This document shows, piece by piece, positions 53,313 through 62,390 of a DNA stretch of 64,000 nucleotides. Each line of letters begins with the position of its first letter. The first letter of the stretch is position 1. Under the pieces are notes generated by a model. That model ran no database searches. It saw only the letters and a program-made list of their open reading frames with translations, and was not told the DNA's origin. The DNA is from Promethearchaeota archaeon (lineage in GTDB: Archaea > Asgardarchaeota > Lokiarchaeia > Sigyniarchaeales > SOKP01). The stretch covers positions 1-64,000 of the forward strand of contig JAFGOA010000187.1 of assembly GCA_016926735.1 (NCBI GenBank), read 5' to 3'. The position numbers and the translations under genes were made by a program.

Positions 53313-54101
53313 TTATATAAATAATTTTATAATTAAAAAGATTCCAATTCCTATACCATAAATAGGAATAACATATTTCCAGAATTTATTTGGTATAACT
53401 CTTACAAGATATGGAGATATTAAGGCAGCAAAAAACCCTCCTGTGAAAAGTGAAGGTAAAAGAATGAGATCAACAATTATTCCAAAATTTTGAATCAAAT
53501 AGAAACAAAAAATACCAACTATTGAAACAATACTTTCTGAAAAAGAAACAATAGCTGTAGCGCTTTTTTCATAAATACCTGAATGAATTTGTCCTAATGT
53601 AATTATTGGACCATAACCTCCTCCTCCAATTCCTTTATTAAAACCTGCTATTGCTGAAAAACCGATTAATAATTTACGATTTAATTTATTTTGTTGATCT
53701 TTTTTAATTATTAATTTTAGAATTGCAACTCCTCCCATAATAACTACTAAAATAGCTACATATGCTTTAATAAAAATGGTTGGCAAATGAAATGCAAGAT
53801 ATGTAATTATAATTGAAGCAAATATTGCAATACATCCACAAAATGCAAAAATTAATCCGAATTTTGTAGCCTCATTTAATGGTTTGAATGAATAACGAAC
53901 ATTTCCTAATTCATGATCAAAAAATGTATCAATTATTCCTGTTATTGTTTCAGAAATAAGTATTGTTGGTACTACTTGAAGAGGAGAAAATCCATATAAT
54001 AACAATAATGGGGATAATGCAGTTCCAAAACCCATACCTGCCATTGAGTCCATAGATTCAAAAATAAAAGCTAAAATTATAATATCCCAAAATAAATCCA
54101 T
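53313..54101 (-). CDS. TauE/SafE (TSUP) family permease
   Basis: DSMAGMGFGTALSPLLL, GFNKGIGGGGYGP; multi-TM. Confidence 0.88.
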   Translation of the reverse strand: MDLFWDIIILAFIFESMDSMAGMGFGTALSPLLLLYGFSPLQVVPTILISETITGIIDTFFDHELGNVRYSFKPLNEATKFGLIFAFCGCIAIFASIIITYLAFHLPTIFIKAYVAILVVIMGGVAILKLIIKKDQQNKLNRKLLIGFSAIAGFNKGIGGGGYGPIITLGQIHSGIYEKSATAIVSFSESIVSIVGIFCFYLIQNFGIIVDLILLPSLFTGGFFAALISPYLVRVIPNKFWKYVIPIYGIGIGIFLIIKLFI

Positions 54102-54114
54102 TCTTATATTACCT

Positions 54115-54255
54115 CTAAATGGTAAAATGAAATATAAGCATTATTAGAATATAGAATAAAATAGCAAAAAGAATTTTCTTAATCGTATTTCTTTCTAATT
54201 TCATTCTTTCTCTAATATGGCGTTCATCCAATCTTTTAGCTTCTGATCCAATCAT
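54115..54255 (-). CDS. 46-aa tail-anchored membrane peptide (not in the ORF track)
   Basis: MIGSEAKRLDERHIRERMKLERNTIKKILFAILFYILIMLIFHFTI*; its stop abuts the GAGGT RBS of the TauE gene. Confidence 0.55.
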   Translation of the reverse strand: MIGSEAKRLDERHIRERMKLERNTIKKILFAILFYILIMLIFHFTI

Positions 54256-54693
54256 AACTTTAAATATTTTATTAATTAGTAATCTAAATTTAATTTGAAA
54301 ATTATTATTTTAGATATAGTATTTAGGAGATTATCACTATTTAAGGTTTTTTACTTAATTGATCATCGAGATGATCAAAACCAATAAATTTAAATATAAT
54401 TCCATTGAAATAAAGAAAAATTACATAATTTTTACAGATTAAAAAAAATTAAAATTTGAATTGATTTTAAACATATTTATTTGTATTTTCTTTAACTTGC
54501 TTGGAACTTTTATTTCATAATTCTAAATCTTTTTAGATTAATTTTGTATAAACAAAAATAATGATATTAAAATATCCATTTCTTTCTTTTAGGGGGACAA
54601 AAAATAGAAGAATTTTTATATTTAAAATGATAAAATCTTTAATCATTTCTAAATTTTTTAATATAATCAAAGTATTTGTTGATATATTCAAAG

Positions 54694-55398
54694 ATGAGCT
54701 TTAAAGAAACTGATATTATTAATATTGTTGTAGCAGGAACTGCCGGACAGGGAGTTATTTCAGTTAAACGATTAATTGAATTTGCAGCTCAAAAAGCAGG
54801 CGCAGAGCGAATTCTTGGAAGTGAAATCTTTATTTAGTTAGAATAAAGACATTTAATGCATGGACTCGCTCAGAGAGAAGGTGCTATAACAAGTCATACA
54901 CGATATCAAAAGAAATTGTTCAATAATCCTCGTAAAGATTTGCAATCTTCATTAATCTGCTATGGAGATGCGGATATTTATATTTGTCTCGAACCAGTTG
55001 AAGCTTTGAGAAGAGGTATTTTTGCTTCGGAAAAGACAACTTTTGTAATAAATTCAAGAACAATTCCTGGTGTAATGATAACTGCTGGTCTGGAAAAATA
55101 CCCATCATTAGATAAAATTAAAGAAACTTTGATAGGTAATGCTAAAGATGTTTATTTTATAAATGCTACTGAAATATCTTTAGAATATTTCAAACAAAAT
55201 CAGCAAGTAAATATAATAATGTTAGGTTTTGCTATATCAACTAATAAATTACCTTTTATCGAAATAGATCATTATGAAGATGTAATTAAAGAATGGCTAA
55301 AAGATCCTGAAATAAATATTAAAGCATTGCATTTAGGTATCGAAAAAGGTAAAGAAATAATCGAAAAAATGAATTTAAATCCAGACAAGATAGAATAA
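54694..55398 (+). CDS. iorB: Indolepyruvate:ferredoxin oxidoreductase subunit beta, split by a 30-nt intron (exons 54694-54825 and 54856-55398; 224 aa spliced)
   Basis: Exon 1 MSFKETDIINIVVAGTAGQGVISV...ILGSE joins exon 2 MHGLAQREGAITSH...ADIYICLEPVEALR...NIIMLG, restoring the IorB GxxGQG and SExHGxxQRxG motifs. Confidence 0.9.
54826..54855 (+). other. Candidate BHB mRNA intron in iorB
   Basis: Helix AGTG/CATT, bulges AAA and TAA, 8-bp inner stem TCTTTATT/AATAAAGA; carries in-frame TAG and TAA. Confidence 0.85.
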
Positions 55399-55440
55399 AT
55401 GATTGATAAAGAGAATGTCTAATAAAATTTAAAAAAATAA

Positions 55441-56361
55441 TTAGCTTATAGACACTATAATTGTTCCAATAATTATTATAATAATTCCTAGTATTTGATA
55501 CTTATTCAGATTTTCTTTTAGGATAATAATCCCTAAAATAACAGTAATTAAAGGATTTATGGCAGTAATTGGGCTTGCTCGAGAGATACCAATCAGACGA
55601 ATTGCTTCAAAATAAGCAACGCTTCCTATACCCCAAGCCATTATTCCTGCATATACTAAGAATATGAAATTTCGTTTTGAAATTGATTTTCTTTCTCTCT
55701 TTATTTTATTATTATTAGTATTTCCAATTGAAAATATCAACCATACTATTGTTGTGAATATAGTAGATACAAAAAATCTAAAAGCTGTTACTGAATATGT
55801 GTTAATATTAGGAAATTCAAAAACGAAATTTAACATAACCAAGGATATTGACCATGATAAAGCACCCAAAATAGCTAATAATATACTTGTATAATATAAT
55901 TTAGTATTAATCTCTTCTTTACTATCATTATATCCATTTTTCTGGGATACAAATCCTACTCCAATAACCGTTGTAATAGTTCCTATAATAGTCAAAATAG
56001 ATATGTTCTCAATATCACCTATAATTAATATAGTTGCTATAAAGATTGGTGTAATTGAAGACGCAACTTGAACAATTGATGCTTTTCCCATTTTGAGTGC
56101 TTTAAAATAAAGAATTTCACCCAAAGAGTTTAATAGACCTCCAATTATTAAAAGAAAAGATATATTCATTTGAAATAAAGATCTAAAAGAATATATTAGA
56201 CCAGAAGCTAATATAAATATGAGAAGAAAACAAACAGCTGAAAACCCACGAATAATTACTGAGACCAATGGAGATTGTTCTTTTAAAACTACTTTAACAA
56301 CAATAACTGTTGATCCCCAGCAGAATGCTGCCAATATTGATAGTATTATTCCTAAGAACAA
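55441..56361 (-). CDS. DMT/EamA family transporter
   Basis: About 10 TMs in two EamA repeats (AAFCWG, YFKALK, YFEAIR...P...LG...LKE). Confidence 0.9.
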   Translation of the reverse strand: MFLGIILSILAAFCWGSTVIVVKVVLKEQSPLVSVIIRGFSAVCFLLIFILASGLIYSFRSLFQMNISFLLIIGGLLNSLGEILYFKALKMGKASIVQVASSITPIFIATILIIGDIENISILTIIGTITTVIGVGFVSQKNGYNDSKEEINTKLYYTSILLAILGALSWSISLVMLNFVFEFPNINTYSVTAFRFFVSTIFTTIVWLIFSIGNTNNNKIKRERKSISKRNFIFLVYAGIMAWGIGSVAYFEAIRLIGISRASPITAINPLITVILGIIILKENLNKYQILGIIIIIIGTIIVSIS

Positions 56362-56827
56362 TGCCTTTCACTAAATTCTTTTTTTTAATTTTTACAATTT
56401 ATTTGATTTTCCTTATTTTTTATTATATGCTCAAATAGAAAGATCTTGAGAAGATATAAAAAGAAGGATAATATATTTTTAGTTTTAAAACAACAAAATT
56501 AAGTAGTCTTAATACTATAAAAGATGGAATGTTAAAAATTATATAAACTTTGCGCTAATCTAATGGGAAAGATTTCCCTTATATTATTTTGGAGGATAAT
56601 TTAAAGGATATTCAATCTAGATACAATATAATTTAAGAAAACCTTTTTATCTTCGATTTTAGGAACTTAACTAAAATATAAATACCTCAAAATCTAAAAA
56701 TTAGAACACCATATAAAGATATTATTGCTTATGTTGCAATGATATTACCATCAAAAAAAATATTCTATTGCTTTGGGAATGATTTTTTTTTCAATTTAAG
56801 GTGATTCTTAGGATTATTAAAGATGAT

Positions 56828-57298
56828 TTATTTTAATTCTTTTTTTAACATTATCATATGCTTTAAAAGTATTCCATTCTCATAGATAGGTTCAGGGTAA
56901 TTATCACTGATAAAATTCTTTTTAATATCATAAATTTCAAAGCCTACTTTTTGATATAAATATAATTGTTTAATTCCTCCATTCGCGGTACCGATAATAA
57001 TTGTTTTAAAATTTTTTTCTCGTGCTCTTCTTATAGCGTCTAATAACAATGTTCTTCCTATTCCATGTCCTTGATATTCTTCATCCACAGCAATATTTTT
57101 AATTTCAACAATATTATTCCTTAAATCTTGAAGAACATAGACTGCTATAATTTTTTCATTATTTACTAAAATATAAATTTCTGAATCATTTATATATTTA
57201 TTAATCGCTTCTGTCGTCTCATCTGCTAAAAGTAATAAATCATAAGGTATATCCTCATTTCTCTGCAATTGTCTGATTTTACTATTTTCAAAATTCAT
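56828..57298 (-). CDS. GNAT N-acetyltransferase
   Basis: LLLLADE, EIKNIAVDEEYQGHGIG, LYQKVGF. Confidence 0.92.
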   Translation of the reverse strand: MNFENSKIRQLQRNEDIPYDLLLLADETTEAINKYINDSEIYILVNNEKIIAVYVLQDLRNNIVEIKNIAVDEEYQGHGIGRTLLLDAIRRAREKNFKTIIIGTANGGIKQLYLYQKVGFEIYDIKKNFISDNYPEPIYENGILLKHMIMLKKELK

Positions 57299-57679
57299 AT
57301 TTCAATCTATGTTATCAAATTATTTGTTATTTTTTATATTTTCTAACAATTTCTAGCTAAAAAATAAATTGTAAATCATATTATTAATTTGTAAAAATAA
57401 TTGGATAAAAAATATAATAAATAAAATTAAAGATTCTATTTAATCCAATGGTTATAGAGATAATATTAAACGTAAATAATTTAAAGAAAATCTAAAATTT
57501 CATTGGTTCTTGTTATTTATTTTGCTTTTTTTTTCTAAAAAATCAATAATTCTCAAGTATGCATCTTTTCTGAGAATATACAATTAGAAGTAGATAATAA
57601 AAAAATATAATAGATGATTTTTTCAATTGACCGATGAATTACTGTAAAAATTACCAATTTTTTATAGATAGTTGTAAAG

Positions 57680-58699
57680 CTATTGCTTATCAGTATATAA
57701 AAAATTTCTCTCCCCAAGTATTTCATCTATTTCATCCATTTGATATTTATTTAATGGCCCAAATTCCAATGTTTTCACATTTTCCTCAACTTGATTTTTG
57801 GTTTTAAAACCAGGAATTGGAATTGTGTTATTACTGCGAGCTAAGATCCAAGAAAGAGCTCCTTGTACCATCGAACGCCCATCACTCATTAATATATCTT
57901 TTATGGAATCTAGTTTTCCTAACCACTCTGGATCAGGTCTTCCCCCTTTAAAATATTTTAACCATTCGGGGGCATTTTTTCCTCGAACATCATTTTCAGG
58001 AAGTAGTGATTTTGATGAATATTTACCCGTAAGTAACCCCATAGCTAGTACAGTTCTATTGATACTTGCTAAATTATTTTTTTCACATAACCCGATAATT
58101 TCTTTCATATCATGCAAAACATTAAGTTCATGCTGGATAGAAACACAATTTGAATTTTTTACAAAATATTCACTCAAATCAAATAAATCTGTACTCCATC
58201 CATATGCATTTATTTGTCCACTTGATTTTAAATCATCTAATGTATGTATTATTGGAATTAGATCATCTTTTGAGACATACCATAAATGTATCTGATATAA
58301 ATCGATATAATCTGTGCCTAATCTATTTAATGAAGCTTTACAAGCTTCTTTAATATATTCAGGAGTGATGTTTGTTCCTGTTCTTATTTTATTCTTTGAA
58401 TCAAAAGTATTGCCAAACTTGGTTGCAATTATAATATCATCTCTATAACCTTTAATTGCTTTACCTAAAATTTCTTCGCTATGACCTGCTCCATACACAT
58501 CTGCTGTATCAAAAAAATTAATTCCTAAATCAATAGCACATTGTATTGCTTTAATTGATTCCGCATCATCTATATTACCATAACCCGATGGAATTCCATT
58601 TTCATCCATAGTTACTCCTCCTATAGCCCAACAACCCATTCCCAAGGGACTCACTTTTATTTTTGATTTACCTAACGTTCTTTTTTCCAGTTTTACCAT
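57680..58699 (-). CDS. Aldo/keto reductase
   Basis: LGMGCWAIGG, FFDTADVYG, ATKFG, SLNRLGTDYIDLYQIH, PIPG. Confidence 0.95.
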   Translation of the reverse strand: MVKLEKRTLGKSKIKVSPLGMGCWAIGGVTMDENGIPSGYGNIDDAESIKAIQCAIDLGINFFDTADVYGAGHSEEILGKAIKGYRDDIIIATKFGNTFDSKNKIRTGTNITPEYIKEACKASLNRLGTDYIDLYQIHLWYVSKDDLIPIIHTLDDLKSSGQINAYGWSTDLFDLSEYFVKNSNCVSIQHELNVLHDMKEIIGLCEKNNLASINRTVLAMGLLTGKYSSKSLLPENDVRGKNAPEWLKYFKGGRPDPEWLGKLDSIKDILMSDGRSMVQGALSWILARSNNTIPIPGFKTKNQVEENVKTLEFGPLNKYQMDEIDEILGERNFLYTDKQ

Positions 58700-59015
58700 G
58701 AGAATACACTAATATTTTTTAAACAACGATATAAGATTAATTAGAAAGAATAAATCTTAAATCTGTCTATTTTAAGTTACAAAATATTTTTCTAATTGTT
58801 AACTAAAACTCTATAAAAATCATTAACTTCTTTTCTAATTATATTCTTTTTAAAATAAAAAGCTAGTCCCTAAAAATATTAGGATATTTGCTTACTATGG
58901 GGACTAAAACATAACTCATTGATAAAAATTTAAGAGTAAGCAAAAGATTTTTTGAGTTTATTAAAGTATTTTATTAAATTGTGATCTTTTGTAAAAATAA
59001 AAATGAGAATTTTGA

Positions 59016-59540
59016 CTAAGTTCTTTTAATTATTCTAATTAATCCTTTTTTACGTAATTTCTCCATGATTATTTCAACGTTTTCTAAAGATATACTTGCG
59101 ATTTGAGCAACCTTTTCTACTGTATTCATTCCATCACAAATTTTCATTACTTTATATTCTTCAGCGGTTACCATACCAAGAGAGACACTCATTTTTGGTA
59201 CTTCTTTTACAATTATAGGAATGCGAACATCTCCTGTTTGTGTTCCCATTCTTAATTCAGGGAGACTTGGACTTGCACCAAAAAATGATTTTACTTCAGT
59301 AACACTATATTGATCATTAATATAAACGTAAATTGTATGTTCATTTATAGATGGATCATCCAGATCATCTGGGTCAGGACTGGGATTGGTATGCTTATAT
59401 TCTTTTGTATAGGGTCCCATAGATAAACCTTTCGCAATTTCATCCTTATCTACTTTAAGATCAATCATCTCTTTACAGATATCACACCATGCCCATATCT
59501 CGATAAAGGTAAAATATTTCTTGACTTTATTTTGAGCCAT
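59016..59540 (-). CDS. Hypothetical protein: CxxC/His metal-binding region plus C-terminal winged helix
   Basis: WCDIC...YKH...EHTIYVYI; CDGMNTVEKVAQ...EKLRKKGLI. Confidence 0.65.
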   Translation of the reverse strand: MAQNKVKKYFTFIEIWAWCDICKEMIDLKVDKDEIAKGLSMGPYTKEYKHTNPSPDPDDLDDPSINEHTIYVYINDQYSVTEVKSFFGASPSLPELRMGTQTGDVRIPIIVKEVPKMSVSLGMVTAEEYKVMKICDGMNTVEKVAQIASISLENVEIIMEKLRKKGLIRIIKRT

Positions 59541-59729
59541 TATTCTTCACAATTATAGTTTGATATAATTACTAATATAAGTTAGAATAAATAAAAGAAT
59601 TTAGCTTTAAATATATATAGATCAAAAAAAAAGTCACTATTTTCACAAGGATGAATAATAAAATAAAAAAAAATTAAAGTTATAGTTAATTTTCATTCCT
59701 AAGACTAATTATAATAAATATTCGAAACT

Positions 59730-59903
59730 ATGTCTATAAAACGTAATATATGTTCTTGTTGCGGACGTCCTATTACCCCTTATGAACCAGCAATCCATTT
59801 TCCATGTCCAAACTGTGGAGATGTAACCATCTGGAGATGTGAAGCGTGTCGAGATAGAGGAAAATCATATCGATGCTTAAAATGTGATTTTGTTGGACCA
59901 TAA
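59730..59903 (+). CDS. DUF1610 (HVO_2753-like) zinc-finger protein, 57 aa (not in the ORF track)
   Basis: MSIKRNICSCCG...FPCPNCG...WRCEACR...YRCLKCDFVGP; sits in its usual archaeal position upstream of EF-1beta. Confidence 0.9.
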   Translation: MSIKRNICSCCGRPITPYEPAIHFPCPNCGDVTIWRCEACRDRGKSYRCLKCDFVGP

Positions 59904-59975
59904 TTTTTATGTATATATTAGGATTAAAGAACCAACTTAAAAATAAGATTATTCGAAATTATGAGTGATTAAAAA

Positions 59976-60242
59976 ATGGGAGAATTTATTGCTTTAATAG
60001 ATATCATACCAGAAGATACAAATACAAATTTTGATGAACTCCTAGGAAAATTAGGTAGTGTTCTTCCTGAAACATGTACAATTGAACGACATGATATCAT
60101 GCCCGTAGCTTTTGGATTAAAAAAAGCTAGATTAAGAGTTAGATATCCAGAAGAATGGGGTGGTACTGATAAACTTGAGGAATTATTCGCTCAAGTTGAA
60201 GGAGTTCAAGGTATTGAAGGAATAGCATTTTCTAAAGCCTAA
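59976..60242 (+). CDS. ef1b: Elongation factor 1-beta
   Basis: IIPED, PVAFGLK, GGTDKLEE. Confidence 0.93.
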   Translation: MGEFIALIDIIPEDTNTNFDELLGKLGSVLPETCTIERHDIMPVAFGLKKARLRVRYPEEWGGTDKLEELFAQVEGVQGIEGIAFSKA

Positions 60243-60357
60243 TTCTGAAAATATAGATTTTTTGAATTCTGTTACTTTTTATTATTTTATTAAAACCAGA
60301 ATTAAATAATCTCAAATTTTTTTTATAACATATTAAATACTTAATTTCTTGGATATT

Positions 60358-62361
60358 TCATGCTGTTCTCCTAAAAAATTTATCCATCTCTTTAAATGAT
60401 ATAAATTTTAGAGTAGGACGTCCATGAGCACAATGAAAGGGATTTTCACAAGCCGCTAAATCTTCAATTAATTTTCTTATATCTTTTAAAGATAAATTAT
60501 CACCACCTCTAATACTTCTATGACATGATAGATAATTTATAATTTCCTCTTTAGCGTCTGAAAAACTTTTATCCCTTCCTATCTCCGCAATATCAGAGAT
60601 AATATCTCTTATTATTTCAGAGCTAATTGTTTTATGAAAAATTATAGGGATTTCTCGTAATAAATAAGTATTACCACCAAAATTTTCAAATTTGAATCCT
60701 AATTTTTCTATTTTTTTCAGGTTATTTTCTAAAAAGATTTTTTCAGTTGGAGATATTTCAATTTTTAATGGAGATATAAGTTTTTGAACCATTTTTTTTG
60801 TTCTATTATACATATTGTAGTAAAATTCTTTTGTAATTCGTTCAGAAGCAGCATGTTGATCTAAAATGAATAATCCCTCCTCATTATCCTTGCTTTTACC
60901 TTCTAAAACAATATAAATCTTGTTATTTAATTGTCCAGTATAAGACATTAAACGTATTTTTGGGAAATTCTTTTTGATGATATATTTATTTCTGATGATA
61001 GAATCTGAGGAATATGAATCTTCTTTTTTTAAATAATTATCATCTAAATCTAATTGAATTATTCTTAAGTCTTCATCTTTTCTGTCTTGTAAAGTATCAT
61101 AATTTAAGTTTTGATCTTCTAATTTCTTTATATTTGATTTTATCTCACAAGGATTACCGATTATCGGGATATCTTTAATTTTTTCACCAATATTTTTAGA
61201 TGTTATTTTTAATTCTTCTTTCTCTTTTTTATTATTCTGAATTGTTTTTTCCTTTATTTTTAGTTCTTTTTGAAAAGAATATCCATTGATTTTTTCATCA
61301 ATCTTAGAATATTTTTCAGTATATTTATTCAAATCTGTTAAAATATGTTCTTCTTCTGATTTTAAAAAATAGGAATTTATGAACCCTCTTAATATATTAT
61401 ATACTTTATTATAGATGAATATATCATCCTCAAATCTTATCTCAAGTTTTTTAGGATGGATATTAAAGTCAATAATCGAAGGATTTACCTCTAAATTTAA
61501 AATAAAAAAAGGATTTTTATTAATCATTAAGATTCCTTCATAAGCTTCTTTAATAGCTCTAAATAGCAAATCACTTTTAATATATCGCTGGTTTATAAAA
61601 ATACTTGATTGATCTCTACTTTTTCTAGATATTCGGGGATGACCAATAAGACCCGTTATTTTAAAAAGATATCCTTTTTCTTCATATTCTATTTCTTTCA
61701 TTTGGTTTATAATATTCTTCCCATAAATATGAAATACAGTTGTTTTAAGATCATTTTCTGAGGGACAATTCAGAATTTGTAATTCATTATGAGTATAAAT
61801 AAAATGTATATTTGGATAAGCTAAAGAATATCTTTGTATAATATCTGTAATATGGCCTAATTCTGTTGGATCAGATTTAAGGAATTTTTGACGAGCAGGA
61901 ATATTGTAGAATAGATCTTTAACCTGAATATTAACACCAACCGGAACAGATATTTTATTTTTTTTTTTTATTATTCCTCCTTCTATTATAAGTTGAAGTC
62001 CAATTTCCTCATCAGAAGTTCTTGATATAATCTCAACTTTACTAACAGCTATTATACTTGCTAGGGCTTCTCCTCGGAACCCAAGTGTAGAAAGCTTTTG
62101 TAGATCTTCAATACGTCTTATTTTACTACTTGTATGTCTTTTTAATGCAATTTCTAGTTCTTCTGAAGGAATACCAAATCCATTATCGATTACTTGAATT
62201 AATCTTTTACCAGCTTTTCTAATATTTACTTTAATCTCTGTTGAACCTGCATCAATACTATTTTCAATAAGTTCTTTTATAACATTTGCAGGTCGTTCAA
62301 CAACTTCTCCCGCAGCAATTTGTTCTGCATTCTGAATTTTTTGTATTTTCTTTCTAATCAT
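60358..62361 (-). CDS. mutL: DNA mismatch repair protein MutL
   Basis: IAAGEVVERP, KELIENSIDAG, TLGFRGEAL, DQHAASER, CAHGRP. Confidence 0.97.
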   Translation of the reverse strand: MIRKKIQKIQNAEQIAAGEVVERPANVIKELIENSIDAGSTEIKVNIRKAGKRLIQVIDNGFGIPSEELEIALKRHTSSKIRRIEDLQKLSTLGFRGEALASIIAVSKVEIISRTSDEEIGLQLIIEGGIIKKKNKISVPVGVNIQVKDLFYNIPARQKFLKSDPTELGHITDIIQRYSLAYPNIHFIYTHNELQILNCPSENDLKTTVFHIYGKNIINQMKEIEYEEKGYLFKITGLIGHPRISRKSRDQSSIFINQRYIKSDLLFRAIKEAYEGILMINKNPFFILNLEVNPSIIDFNIHPKKLEIRFEDDIFIYNKVYNILRGFINSYFLKSEEEHILTDLNKYTEKYSKIDEKINGYSFQKELKIKEKTIQNNKKEKEELKITSKNIGEKIKDIPIIGNPCEIKSNIKKLEDQNLNYDTLQDRKDEDLRIIQLDLDDNYLKKEDSYSSDSIIRNKYIIKKNFPKIRLMSYTGQLNNKIYIVLEGKSKDNEEGLFILDQHAASERITKEFYYNMYNRTKKMVQKLISPLKIEISPTEKIFLENNLKKIEKLGFKFENFGGNTYLLREIPIIFHKTISSEIIRDIISDIAEIGRDKSFSDAKEEIINYLSCHRSIRGGDNLSLKDIRKLIEDLAACENPFHCAHGRPTLKFISFKEMDKFFRRTA

Positions 62362-62390
62362 AAAATTTAGTAGTTTCTATTTAATTAAAA

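Noticed and set aside
49515-54119. 14-bp inverted match TTTAGAGGTAATAT (49515-49528 and 54106-54119) as transposon terminal repeats around the mtd-tauE block
   Set aside because: It consists of an RBS core plus AT-rich flanks, there is no transposase or target duplication, and one copy is the functional RBS of tauE.
54856-55398. 180-aa ORF taken as the complete iorB
   Set aside because: It lacks the N-terminal GxxGQG strand-loop, which is encoded in frame at 54694-54825; it is exon 2.
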